From: a bacterium
Lineage (GTDB): Bacteria > Zhuqueibacterota > Zhuqueibacteria > Residuimicrobiales > Krinioviventaceae
Direction: 5' to 3'
NCBI GenBank assembly: GCA_029561455.1
Contig: JAKQIY010000076.1
Coordinates: 81,838 to 145,837 of the forward strand
DNA length: 64,000 bases
In this document: positions 38,118-48,054 of the stretch, in pieces
Layout of the letters: each line of letters begins with the position of its first letter
How positions within the stretch are numbered: position 1 is the first letter of the stretch
Notes under the pieces: generated by a model
Seen by the model: the letters and a program-made list of their open reading frames with translations, nothing else
What the model was told of the DNA's origin: nothing
Databases searched by the model: none
Translations under genes and position numbers: made by a program

Positions 38118-39137
38118 TTATTCAGCTAATTTGATATTCAAATATCGTAAAACATTGTCAATTGTATTGTAAACCGTAACAAAACCGGAACCGCTGCAGC
38201 ACAAGCCCACGGCCCGATTGTCTTCTGTTAACAGCAGCGACCCGGAATCGCCGGGATCGGCCATATCATTGGTTATGATTTGATCTTTAAAATATGCGGT
38301 GCGTCCGCCTGAATAACCGACTTCGATTTCGGCATTTATTATTTTAATCACACCGGTTGTACATCCGGTAGTTCGGCCGCTTTTTTTAACCTTCATGCCA
38401 ATTTCGGGTGCGGCAATGCCATTCACCTTGCCCAGGTCTCTGATTTCATCCGTCAGCACACCATCGTCATCAGGCTGGGCTAGCGCGGCATCGACAAAAT
38501 TGACCGGGCGCTTTTTTACCGGTTCCAGGCGGGTTTGCGAACCCAATACGGCAGCAACCAGGTTGAAAGGCAAGGCAACAATTTGCGCTATTTTACATTT
38601 CTCATCATTTTCCAGCCAGGTTGAAGAATTGGTATACTTTAAATTGACAAAACGCTCCAGCCTGGCCACACGATCGTTAGCAGGTTTGCCGCCATCGGCA
38701 GGGGCCGGCTGCAACACCGGGTCGCCGATCAGCGCGTCGTTGCCGTTGGCAAGAATGTGATTGTTGGACAGGAGCATTGGTTTGCCGCTATGCCCATCAT
38801 AAACCACCACCCCCAATGTACCGGCGTGCACAGCATAGTGGCCGATAGAAATGCCTGAATATAACGGCCTTGTCCGGGTACGGGTATCATACGCATTGAT
38901 CTTACCGACCTGCAATACATCTACAGGTATTTTATCAAATTGAGGTGGAATCTTGTCCCTTTTCTTTAATAAACTGAGCGGTAACTTTTCCCTGACCATA
39001 ACAATTAGCGCCAGTTCTTTGGTTGCAAGGCTCTGAGTTTCTTTGTATCCAAGACCAAGCCCCAGCACATTTGCTGCTTTGAGTATTGTGCTGCTTATGG
39101 CTTTTTGCAGCAGCATGATGTCTTCTTTTCTGGCCAC
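38118..39137 (-). CDS. Nal1-like trypsin-fold (S1) serine protease
   Basis: Triad motifs LSNNHIL (His), VDAALA (Asp), PGDSGS (Ser); GTLG; VKKSGRTTG; Nal1-type N-terminal domain (NVLGLGLGYK...VREKLP...IP...VDV); no signal peptide. Confidence 0.85.
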   Translation of the reverse strand: MARKEDIMLLQKAISSTILKAANVLGLGLGYKETQSLATKELALIVMVREKLPLSLLKKRDKIPPQFDKIPVDVLQVGKINAYDTRTRTRPLYSGISIGHYAVHAGTLGVVVYDGHSGKPMLLSNNHILANGNDALIGDPVLQPAPADGGKPANDRVARLERFVNLKYTNSSTWLENDEKCKIAQIVALPFNLVAAVLGSQTRLEPVKKRPVNFVDAALAQPDDDGVLTDEIRDLGKVNGIAAPEIGMKVKKSGRTTGCTTGVIKIINAEIEVGYSGGRTAYFKDQIITNDMADPGDSGSLLLTEDNRAVGLCCSGSGFVTVYNTIDNVLRYLNIKLAE

Positions 39138-39403
39138 TTACTTCCCCTTACCTGTATTAAATATCTTACAGCTTTTCACAACTCTAATTCTCAGAAGAAA
39201 TATTAGTATTTTGTATTTAATGAAAACAAAAAAGAAGTCAAGTAAAGTTAATTAATATTTCCATATAATCAAGAAAAATTGCCTGTATATGTAATATAAT
39301 AAAAACTGACAATTCTTAAAAAGTAAATAGAGAGTTGAGCGCAACGAATTTTAAATCGGAATTGTATATTAAAATTGATTTTGAATGTTGTATTTTGTAA
39401 TAT

Positions 39404-39982
39404 ATGGGAAAAAAAATAAACACCATTATAAACAGAACTGAAACCATGAAAAGTCGCACAAACTATAATACCAGGTTGGTTATACTGATTTCGCTGACGC
39501 TCATTATTGAACTAATCGGCTTGCCTCAGCCGGCTACCGGGCCGTTGGTGAACATGATGTTATATTTAACCACGCTGCTGCTGGACATCAAAGCCGGGGT
39601 TATCCTCGGCTGCATCAGTCCTCTGGTGGCGGCGATGCGCGGCCAGCTGCCCCCCTTTTTAATACCGATGGTGCCCTTTATCATCGCCGGTAATATTTTG
39701 CTGGTGGTGTTGTTGGGGTTAATCGGTCAGGTGGGCAAATCAACCCGACCGGCGCAAGCCAATCCTATGTATTCATTTACAGTATGGCTGGGTGTGCTGG
39801 TGAGCGCGGTAGTTAAATTTGCATGGTTGTATACATCGGCCAAACTGTTATTACCGGTTTTATTCGGCAAGCATTTGCCGCCGCAGCTGGTGGCGATGAT
39901 GGCAATGCCGCAATTGATTACGGCCATTAGCGGCGGTATATTGGCGGTGATCATTGCCGGTATGTTGAAAAAAAGAACCTGA
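39404..39982 (+). CDS. ECF transporter substrate-specific (S) component
   Basis: Six hydrophobic helices; PQPATGPLVNMML, MVPFIIAGN, PQLITAISGG; start possibly 39446. Confidence 0.8.
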   Translation: MGKKINTIINRTETMKSRTNYNTRLVILISLTLIIELIGLPQPATGPLVNMMLYLTTLLLDIKAGVILGCISPLVAAMRGQLPPFLIPMVPFIIAGNILLVVLLGLIGQVGKSTRPAQANPMYSFTVWLGVLVSAVVKFAWLYTSAKLLLPVLFGKHLPPQLVAMMAMPQLITAISGGILAVIIAGMLKKRT

Positions 39983-40039
39983 GCATAACCAAAATAGAAG
40001 GACTGCTTGTTATAAATAAAATTATTTAAAATGGATCTC

Positions 40040-40184
40040 CTCGTTCCTAATTTCTGATCAGGAATGAGAGTGGTCAGGAATCTCCGATTCCCTACAAGCA
40101 GTTATTTTACTTTTAATATGTTCTTTGCATTTCAAATCAGAGAATTTATTCAAGCGGGTTCCCAATCGGGAGATTGGGAACCGG
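40040..40184. repeat. REPIN/MITE-like element: two related palindromes in inverted arrangement
   Basis: CTCGTTCCT..AGGAATGAG (40040-40068) and GGTTCCCAATC-ggga-GATTGGGAACC (40157-40182), with internal GGAATCTCCGATTCC. Confidence 0.55.
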
Positions 40185-40229
40185 AAGCTAAACAATAGCC
40201 GGAACACCATACACGAAAGAGAAAATACC

Positions 40230-41084
40230 ATGCCGCTAACCCCTTATAACATTTTATTGCAGGACGCCCGTAAAGGCAATTACGCCGTCGGTGCATTTAA
40301 TATATTCGGAATGGAATTTTTGCCCGCCATTCTGGACGTTGCCGAGGAGGAAAAAGCGCCGGTGATTTTGCAAATTGCGCCGCTGCATTTTTATTTATCC
40401 GATTTGCCCGAATACATCAAATACGTCAAATCGCAAATTGTTAAAGTAAAAGTTCCGGTGGCGCTGAACCTCGATCACGGCAAAACCCGGGAAATTATTA
40501 TCAAAGGCATTCGCAACGGCTTTCCTGCGGTGATGTTCGACGCCTCGCGGCTGCCGTTTACGCAGAACCTGGCGCAAACCAAAGAGATTGTCGAATTGTG
40601 CAAACCGCTGGGCATGACGGTGGAAGCGGAACTGGGCAGCCTGAATGACGAGGGTGCGGAATTGACGGCGGAAACTAAAGACAAGCTGTTTACCAATCCC
40701 GAACAGGCGGCAAAATTTGTCACGGAAACCGGCATCGACGCCCTGGCGGTCTCCATCGGTAATGCGCACGGTTTTTACAAGGGCGAACCGAAACTGGATT
40801 TTGCGCGCTTGCAGCAAATACGGGACAAGGTCCCTGTGCCGCTGGTGCTGCACGGCGGTTCGGGCATCAAAACGGATGATTTTAAAAAAGCCATTACCCT
40901 GGGCATTAACAAGATCAATATCTATACGGAAATGAGCGCGTCCGCCTCGCTGATGATGAAATCACTATTGAACGCCCACGATACCCCGGCGGACTTTCCC
41001 GCCACCCTGTACCAGGTGCGCCTGGCGGTGAAGGAAGTGGTACGCGAAAAGATGCACGTGTTTGGGAGCTGCGGGAAGGGGTGA
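40230..41084 (+). CDS. Class II fructose/tagatose-bisphosphate aldolase
   Basis: YAVGAFN, LNLDHG, VMFDAS, VEAELG, LAVSIGNAHG, LVLHGGSG, KINIYT; ATG at 40230. Confidence 0.93.
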   Translation: MPLTPYNILLQDARKGNYAVGAFNIFGMEFLPAILDVAEEEKAPVILQIAPLHFYLSDLPEYIKYVKSQIVKVKVPVALNLDHGKTREIIIKGIRNGFPAVMFDASRLPFTQNLAQTKEIVELCKPLGMTVEAELGSLNDEGAELTAETKDKLFTNPEQAAKFVTETGIDALAVSIGNAHGFYKGEPKLDFARLQQIRDKVPVPLVLHGGSGIKTDDFKKAITLGINKINIYTEMSASASLMMKSLLNAHDTPADFPATLYQVRLAVKEVVREKMHVFGSCGKG

Positions 41085-41093
41085 GGTATGGTT

Positions 41094-41121
41094 GCAGGAT
41101 GGGGTTTATGCCTCATCCTGC
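41094..41121. repeat. REP-like palindrome between fba and hsdR (may act as terminator)
   Basis: GCAGGATGGGG-tttatg-CCTCATCCTGC; similar to the GTAGGATG/GTAGGGTGGG palindromes at 48305 and 55178. Confidence 0.55.
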
Positions 41122-41128
41122 TATATAA

Positions 41129-44128
41129 TTAACCTACATCTGTTCTTACTTTATCAAACAACCAATCCAGTAAATACCTTGCAAAATTGCGATCATCGGT
41201 AAAGCGTTTGTACAAGTTAAAATTTGATTCAACAAACTCCTGCATACGTTCCTTGACCACATTATCAAAGGTAAGCCTGGCATTTTCCGGTGTATTCGCT
41301 TTAAGGCTGGCATGGATAACCGGATTTTCAACAAATTCCTGTTTAAGCTGTTGAAAAATAATTGTGTCTTTATCCGTAAAATTCGTACCGAACCGTTCAT
41401 TTAATTGTTTGATGATTTGCGACAAGGGTTCGATATCCTCATCCAACGGTTTGTGGGATTTTTCTTCATCTTCCGGGTTTAATACGCTCTGTTCCTGTTT
41501 TAATTTAATTGCTACACTTTTACCTTTTTTCACCCGGTAAGTAGCCATATCCACCATGCCCTGGATTTCCCGGGGCAGTTCATCTTTTAAAGGCGGTAGA
41601 TAACGAAGCAGCAACCGGGCGAATACATACATTTTTTCCAGATCGGCATCGACAAAGGTGATGATCTGGGATAAAAACGAATACAGCCGCACATAATCCT
41701 GCAGTTGTCCGCGCAAATCGGTTTGTTCTTCTGTGATTAAAAGTTTAAAGCGGTCGCTAAATGGGGCTAAAAAATGGTAAAGTTTATTCAGCTTGGCATT
41801 AGGCACAAAATATATTTGCGCGAATTTCTGCAAATCCATTTCGGAAATCAAGTGAAAATCCAAAATCCGCCGATACAGATCGTACAAGAGTTGTGGGTCG
41901 GTGGATTCGGAAAGAATTGTTTTTTCATAATAAGGCTGAAAGGCTTTTTGGATGTCATCCGCTTCATTACAAAAATCCAGTATCATGGTTTCGTGTTTAT
42001 CCGGGGGACAGATACGGTTCAGGCGGGATAAGGTTTGTACAGCATTCACCCCGCTAATTCGCTTGTCCACATACATGGTATGCAAAAGTGGTTGGTCAAA
42101 GCCGGTCTGGAATTTTTCCGCCACAATCATAAACCGATATTCCAGGCTTTTAAAAGTTCTGGCTGTCTGCGTTTCCGAAATACTATTCATATTGCCTTCA
42201 GTATATTCTTTTCCATCTAGAGGTATTGAACCTGAAAAAGCTACCAGCGCCTTGTATGGGTATCCCATTTCCTGAAAATATTGATCTATTGTTAATTTGT
42301 ATTGAACAGCATTAGCGCGAGACCTGGTTACGATCATTGCTTTTGCTTTATTTTGAATGCGATACGCTACGTTTTCATGAAAATGCTCGACCATAATTTC
42401 AAGTTTTTGCCGTATAGCATCGGGATGTCCCTCGACAAAGCGTTTTAATAAACTCGAAGCCTTGTTACGGTCAAACTTGGGGTCATCCTTAATTTTTTTC
42501 AGTAATTTCCAATAAGTTTTATAGGTAGTATAATTTTCCAATACGTCCAATATAAACCCCTCTTCTATGGCCTGGCGCATACTGTACAAACTGAAAGGTT
42601 CAAACGAGCCATCCGGTTGTTTAGCGCCAAAAAGTTCCAGGGTTTTAGGCTTGGGCGTGGCGGTAAAGGCAAAAAAGCTGACATTCGGTTGTCGACCCCG
42701 CGCCTTGATCTCGGCAACTATACGATCCTGCACGTCTGCCGCTTCTACCTCATCCTCTTGTTCGTTATCTTCACTGGTTGGGGAGGATAAAACTTTTTTC
42801 AGACTTTTGGTGGCCTCGCCGGTTTGGGAGGAATGGGCTTCATCGATGATTACCGCAAAGCGATGTCCGTCCATTTCTTTCATGTCATCTGCAATAACCG
42901 GGTATTTTTGCAAGGTGGACACAATAATATTTTTACCTTCTTCAAGGGCTTTTTTAAGTTGTTGGGCGGTACTGGTGATATTTTCCACAACTCCGAGCGT
43001 CTGTTCAAATTGCCGCATTGTGCTTTGTAATTGCCGGTCCAACACCCGCCGGTCGGTAATAACGACAATTGTATTAAATACCCGTTGATCCGCCTCGTCA
43101 TGCAGCACTGCAAGCTGGTGCGCCAGCCAGGCAATGGAATTGGATTTACCGCTACCCGCCGAGTGCTGGATCAAGTATCGGTGACCCGGTCCATGTTGCC
43201 GGGCATGATCTACAAGCCGCCGTACGCAGTCCAGTTGATGGTAGCGTGGAAAGATGATGGATTTTTCCCCGGTGAGTCTGCCGTCTTCATCTTCCATTTC
43301 GATTTCCGTTATAAACTGCTGGACAAGATTGAGCACACTATCCCGGGTCCAAATCTCATCCCATAAATATGAGGTGGCAAATCCCTGCATAGCCGGAGGA
43401 TTGCCGGCGCCGCCGAACTTGCCGCGATTAAATGGTAAAAACCGCGTGCGTTTCCCTTCCAGTTTTGTCGTTACATAAACCAGGTCGGGATCGATGGCAA
43501 AATGCGCCAGGCAGCGGCGGAAAGCGAATAATAACTCTTTGGGATCGCGGTCATTTTGGTATTGCTGAATAGCGTGCTTGACGTTCTGACCGGTTAACGG
43601 ATTTTTAAGTTCGGCGGTAATTATAGGTATGCCATTGAGAAACAACACCATATCCAGACAATTTTCGTTTTTGAGGCTGTATTTCAACTGACGAACGATA
43701 CTGAACTGGTTGGCAAGGTACAGCCGTCGGGTATCCTCGTTCAGGCCGGAGGAAGGTTTATAGTATGCCATTTGAAATTTACAGCCGTAACTACGCAAGC
43801 CGGAACGCAGTACTTTGAGCGCGCCGTATTTATCCAGATCCCGGCTCAGTAATTTCGCAAACTGGTTTTTGGCTTGCTCGCGGTGCTGATCGCAAAATTT
43901 CTGCCAGTCCTGCGGCTGGGTGGCGCGGATAAAGTTTATGGCGTCCTCCGCAATGATGCCCAGAGTACGGTCATAGTCTTCCGGTTGGCGTTTGATGTAC
44001 CCCTTGCTGTGCGGTATATTATAAGGAACGTCGGTCTCTTTAAAACGAGTATCGCTGCCGGTTTGTGGAACAGGATTAGTCAGAGACTCTTCAATTGAAT
44101 TTTCAAACGCTTTTTCAGAAATATTCAT
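41129..44128 (-). CDS. hsdR: Type I restriction enzyme R subunit
   Basis: Nuclease D..LFLNGIPIITAELKN; Walker A HSAGSGKS; DEAH; FTATP; FQTGFD; QTLSRLNR. Confidence 0.96.
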   Translation of the reverse strand: MNISEKAFENSIEESLTNPVPQTGSDTRFKETDVPYNIPHSKGYIKRQPEDYDRTLGIIAEDAINFIRATQPQDWQKFCDQHREQAKNQFAKLLSRDLDKYGALKVLRSGLRSYGCKFQMAYYKPSSGLNEDTRRLYLANQFSIVRQLKYSLKNENCLDMVLFLNGIPIITAELKNPLTGQNVKHAIQQYQNDRDPKELLFAFRRCLAHFAIDPDLVYVTTKLEGKRTRFLPFNRGKFGGAGNPPAMQGFATSYLWDEIWTRDSVLNLVQQFITEIEMEDEDGRLTGEKSIIFPRYHQLDCVRRLVDHARQHGPGHRYLIQHSAGSGKSNSIAWLAHQLAVLHDEADQRVFNTIVVITDRRVLDRQLQSTMRQFEQTLGVVENITSTAQQLKKALEEGKNIIVSTLQKYPVIADDMKEMDGHRFAVIIDEAHSSQTGEATKSLKKVLSSPTSEDNEQEDEVEAADVQDRIVAEIKARGRQPNVSFFAFTATPKPKTLELFGAKQPDGSFEPFSLYSMRQAIEEGFILDVLENYTTYKTYWKLLKKIKDDPKFDRNKASSLLKRFVEGHPDAIRQKLEIMVEHFHENVAYRIQNKAKAMIVTRSRANAVQYKLTIDQYFQEMGYPYKALVAFSGSIPLDGKEYTEGNMNSISETQTARTFKSLEYRFMIVAEKFQTGFDQPLLHTMYVDKRISGVNAVQTLSRLNRICPPDKHETMILDFCNEADDIQKAFQPYYEKTILSESTDPQLLYDLYRRILDFHLISEMDLQKFAQIYFVPNAKLNKLYHFLAPFSDRFKLLITEEQTDLRGQLQDYVRLYSFLSQIITFVDADLEKMYVFARLLLRYLPPLKDELPREIQGMVDMATYRVKKGKSVAIKLKQEQSVLNPEDEEKSHKPLDEDIEPLSQIIKQLNERFGTNFTDKDTIIFQQLKQEFVENPVIHASLKANTPENARLTFDNVVKERMQEFVESNFNLYKRFTDDRNFARYLLDWLFDKVRTDVG

Positions 44129-44213
44129 ACCGTACTACCCCTTTAATCAGTTTATTTGCTCTTTAACCAGCTTCTATTTACAATTTAAGTGATTCCTGGA
44201 TATATTACAATAC

Positions 44214-44666
44214 TCAATTCGGTGTAAACAACTGTACATTAACCTCCGGTAGTTCCTGGAATACTTTTAAGATCATTTCATTAACCTTGTTCCAATTCAA
44301 GCCGCCCAGGCCGCAGCCAAGCGGCGTGATAGCAATGGAGCAAATCCCGTATTCTTTTATCACTGTTACCAGGTCTTGCAGGCCGGTTTGAATATCTTCA
44401 TATCGACTGTCCGATTTCCAGTGTTTTTTGGTCGGGAAATTAATAATATAACGGGGATTGATTAAGGTGTGCCGATCAAACACAAACATTTTACCTAATT
44501 GCAGTTCGTTTTGTATACAAGCATTTTCATAGGCATTAAAATTATCGGGAAATGCTTTTTTGAACTGCAAAGCTAATCCTTTACCCATAGTACCAACAGT
44601 ATTAACTGTATTGACCAATGCTTCCGCATCGGCTTTTAATATATCACCAGTTATAGATACAATCAT
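44214..44666 (-). CDS. Stand-alone macrodomain protein, DarG-like ADP-ribosylhydrolase (no C-terminal DarT-binding domain)
   Basis: GDILKADAEALVNTVNTVGTMGKGLALQFK, IINFPTKKHW, PLGCGLGGL; ATGA overlap with hsdS stop. Confidence 0.9.
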   Translation of the reverse strand: MIVSITGDILKADAEALVNTVNTVGTMGKGLALQFKKAFPDNFNAYENACIQNELQLGKMFVFDRHTLINPRYIINFPTKKHWKSDSRYEDIQTGLQDLVTVIKEYGICSIAITPLGCGLGGLNWNKVNEMILKVFQELPEVNVQLFTPN

Positions 44667-46015
44667 TCTACCATTTCCCGCACATCTATCTTGCCGGTAA
44701 CCGCCGCAGAGATAAGCGCCGCGCGGTATTCCTGCAATTTTTCAATACTGGCTTGGATTTTTCCGACAAGATTATCAATTTTAGCTGTTTCGTAATCAAG
44801 GTATTCTGCAATAGCGCGTTGTTCAAGATAGGGTGGAATTGGAATTTTAATATTTTTTAACTCAAAAGGGGTAATCGCTGGATAACTAACTCCGTTCGAT
44901 AGAGCAACAACTTTCTGAATAAAATATTCTGATTGAGCAAGTCTAAATAAATATTTCGGAAAAAGGTATATAGGTTGAAAAACAGCAAAACCAGTAGACA
45001 CTATAATTGTATCAGCATTATTAGTGATAAAAGAAATTGCTTTTAAATAAGTTCTAACAGTTGATAAGATAGTATCACCGATTTTAACACATCTTCTTGC
45101 TCTTGAAGGTGCTTCTTTAAAAGTTAGGGTATTACTAATATAATTTCCAATATTATCAACACTACTTATATCGATGTATTGGAATTCAAAATCTTGATAT
45201 GTTAATTCAGGTAATTCTTTATTGTTCACTAAAGCAATATATTTAACCTTTTTCACCTCCCACCCCTCCGGAATTTCTCCCAGCCACTCAATGCCGGAAT
45301 CTTTCATGGGCGCGGCGGGGTTCAGACCTTTGGTTACAGCGCGGGTAATGAGCGCGGCGCGTTTCTCCCGCAGCAGATCGATGAGCCGCTGCTTTTTTTC
45401 GATTAGCGCGTCCAGTCGGGCAGTTTCGTGGTCCAGGAAAGCGGCAATAGCGTTTTGTTCGGGGAGAGGAGGACATATTACATAAAGCTCCCGAAGTTCG
45501 GATTGATTAAATGTATTATTAACACCAGCCTTCACTGATTTAAAAAAACCAGTATATCTAAGATTATTAATAAACTGATGAAAATAATTTGAAGAATACA
45601 AAGTGTAATCAAATCTTATTCGTAATAAAAATGAAACATGTGTATATTTATCATTACTATAAAATACAGCTGTTTTCCCAACATGTTCTGAACTTCCATT
45701 ACGCCAATTAAATAATAAATCCCCATTTTGTAAAATTAATGATTTTTCAATATTTTCTTCAATTATTCCAGAAAAGGCAACCTCTTGTAAGTTCAAGTTC
45801 CCATCAATTAGAACATTAGGTAAACTTATAATAGGGATTCCAGTACTAATAGTTCTATCTAATTCTGTGCCTATTCCGTAGGATATGTTGGCGATTCTTT
45901 TTAATTTTAATGTTATCCAATGAACCGGAATTTTCCCCAGCCAGTCAATTCCGGAGTTCTTGTAAGCCGGACAAGGCCGGTGTTTATATAATGTATGGAG
46001 ATTTATGGCTGCCAT
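44663..46015 (-). CDS. hsdS: Type I R-M specificity subunit
   Basis: Two AT-rich TRDs separated by conserved GC-richer segments (SGIDWLGKIP, PPLPEQ..IAAFLD, MKDSGIEWLGEIP, ALISAAVTGKIDVR). Confidence 0.95.
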   Translation of the reverse strand: MAAINLHTLYKHRPCPAYKNSGIDWLGKIPVHWITLKLKRIANISYGIGTELDRTISTGIPIISLPNVLIDGNLNLQEVAFSGIIEENIEKSLILQNGDLLFNWRNGSSEHVGKTAVFYSNDKYTHVSFLLRIRFDYTLYSSNYFHQFINNLRYTGFFKSVKAGVNNTFNQSELRELYVICPPLPEQNAIAAFLDHETARLDALIEKKQRLIDLLREKRAALITRAVTKGLNPAAPMKDSGIEWLGEIPEGWEVKKVKYIALVNNKELPELTYQDFEFQYIDISSVDNIGNYISNTLTFKEAPSRARRCVKIGDTILSTVRTYLKAISFITNNADTIIVSTGFAVFQPIYLFPKYLFRLAQSEYFIQKVVALSNGVSYPAITPFELKNIKIPIPPYLEQRAIAEYLDYETAKIDNLVGKIQASIEKLQEYRAALISAAVTGKIDVREMVE

Positions 46016-48054
46016 TATTGATTCATCTCCCCCAGCATATCCAATATCTCTTTTTCAATCTTTTTAATATCCGCCTCGATCTCTTCCAGTGGGCGCGGCG
46101 GGGTATAGCGGTAAAAATAACGGTTAAAGTTGATCTCGTATCCCACCTTGCCCACCTCGCCATCCTTGTGATCGACAATGGCGGTATTGATCCAGGCGTC
46201 GGCGACAAACGGTTTGACTTCGCGGTCAAAATAATCATACACGGATTCGGACAGCGGTACGCTCTCGGTATCGCGTAGTTCCAGGTCCGCTTCGGGGTTG
46301 CCGTGGCTGTCCAGGCAGACATCGGCCGTTTCATCCCGCTCCGCCAGGGCGTTAAGTATGGCTTTTTTCAAAGGCGCTGCTGGTTTGACCGGTTTCAGAG
46401 CAGTGTCAATCAGTTCGCTGAATTCATCGCGGTTTTTATATAATGTATCCGGCAGGATGCGCAACAGGGCAAGTATCTGTTCCTGTAAATCTCGTCCGGT
46501 CTTTTCCTCCTGCTCTTTAATTTTCTTTTCTTTCTTTTTGCTGACGGCCAGGTTAATAAAGGCATTTTCACTACCCAGCCGTTGCAGGCGTTCTTCCGTC
46601 ACCTGAAAATTAAGGCGCAGCGGTCGTTCCACGGTGATTTTGCGAAAGCCGAAAAAGGTGGTCGGCACAATTTTACAATATTCATTTTCTTTAAAAAGTT
46701 GGTAGAGTTTTAATATTTCGGCAGCTTTTTCCGCAGGGATTTCCCGTCGTTTATCGCCCATGCTTTTGCGCATTTGCGTCCAGAAGGAAGAAGCGTCGAT
46801 CAATTGCACTTTACCAAGGCGTTGTTTTTCTTTGCGGTTACTTAATATCCAGATATAGGTAGAAATACCCGTATTATAAAATAATTGTTCCGGCATAGCA
46901 ATCAGCGCTTCCAGCCGGTCATTTTCCAGAATCCAGCGGCGGATTTCACTTTCACCGCTGCCGGCGTCGCCGGTAAACAATGGCGAGCCATTCATAATAA
47001 TTGCCACCCGGCTTTTATCATGTTCCGGGTTGTGAATATGGGACAACATGTGTTGCAAAAACAATAACTGGCCGTCGCTGATGCGGGGCAGACCGGCGCC
47101 AAATCGCCCTGCATAACCTTTTTCATATTCCTCCTGCACCGCGTCTTCATCCCGTTTCCAGTCCTTGCCGTACGGCGGGTTGGCGATGAGGTAATCAAAG
47201 TGTTTGCCGAGGTGACAATCATGGGCCAGGGTACTGCCGAAACGAATGTTTTCCGCATCACGTCCATCGGCAGATTTGATGTATAAATCGGATTTACAGA
47301 TGGCATACGTTTCAGGATTGACTTCCTGACCAAACAAGTAAATATCCGCCTGTGGATTGAGACCCGGTCGCCCGTCGCCGAGAATGTGGTCTTTGGCTAT
47401 AGTCAACATGCCGCCGGAGCCGCAGCAGGGATCGTAAACGGTAAGGGTCTTGCCGGGAATTGTAATTCGTTCCTCATCCCCGGCCAGTAACAGGTCCACC
47501 ATCAGGTGCACTACATCGCGCGGGGTAAAATGTTCGCCGGGGTTTTCGTTAAGCGATTCGTTAAACTTGCGAATCAATTCTTCGAATATAGTGCCCATCA
47601 TGACGTTGGAAACCTGGTCGGGTTGTAACCTGGCATTTTTAAAACGTTCCAGGACTTTAAATAACAAACCCGCATCATCCAGTTTATGAATGGTATTATC
47701 AAAATCGAATTTTTCCAAAACTTCGCGCATATTGGGAGAAAAGCCGTTGATGTAATTGCGCAGGTTGGCGGCCAGTCCTGAAGAATCATCTAATAATTTG
47801 CTAAAATCATATTGCGAGGTATTGTAAAATGCATATCCCGAAGCCTTGCGTAACAGTTGATCGGGATTATCCAGCTTACCGGCGTATTGGGCATTGGTCG
47901 CCAGGACTTGACGTTTTGTGGCTTCCAGCACACAATCCAGACGCCGCAATACGGTCAGGGGTAAAATAACATCCTGGTATTTACCGCGTTTAAAAGTATC
48001 ACGGATAAGATCCGCTACTCCCCAGATAAAACTGACAATTTCACTGTGATTCAT
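46015..48054 (-). CDS. hsdM: Type I R-M DNA methyltransferase (m6A)
   Basis: VILPLTVLRRLDC, GEHFTPR, YDPCCGSGGML, NPPY, GYEINFNRYFY. Confidence 0.96.
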   Translation of the reverse strand: MNHSEIVSFIWGVADLIRDTFKRGKYQDVILPLTVLRRLDCVLEATKRQVLATNAQYAGKLDNPDQLLRKASGYAFYNTSQYDFSKLLDDSSGLAANLRNYINGFSPNMREVLEKFDFDNTIHKLDDAGLLFKVLERFKNARLQPDQVSNVMMGTIFEELIRKFNESLNENPGEHFTPRDVVHLMVDLLLAGDEERITIPGKTLTVYDPCCGSGGMLTIAKDHILGDGRPGLNPQADIYLFGQEVNPETYAICKSDLYIKSADGRDAENIRFGSTLAHDCHLGKHFDYLIANPPYGKDWKRDEDAVQEEYEKGYAGRFGAGLPRISDGQLLFLQHMLSHIHNPEHDKSRVAIIMNGSPLFTGDAGSGESEIRRWILENDRLEALIAMPEQLFYNTGISTYIWILSNRKEKQRLGKVQLIDASSFWTQMRKSMGDKRREIPAEKAAEILKLYQLFKENEYCKIVPTTFFGFRKITVERPLRLNFQVTEERLQRLGSENAFINLAVSKKKEKKIKEQEEKTGRDLQEQILALLRILPDTLYKNRDEFSELIDTALKPVKPAAPLKKAILNALAERDETADVCLDSHGNPEADLELRDTESVPLSESVYDYFDREVKPFVADAWINTAIVDHKDGEVGKVGYEINFNRYFYRYTPPRPLEEIEADIKKIEKEILDMLGEMNQ

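Noticed and set aside
40125-40229. N-terminal extension of the aldolase
   Set aside because: Runs through a palindromic repeat; family similarity begins at MPL (40230).
44129-44213. Remnant of darT or of the DarG C-terminal domain between the macro gene and hsdR
   Set aside because: Only 85 bp, with stops in all three minus-strand frames and no recognisable similarity by eye.
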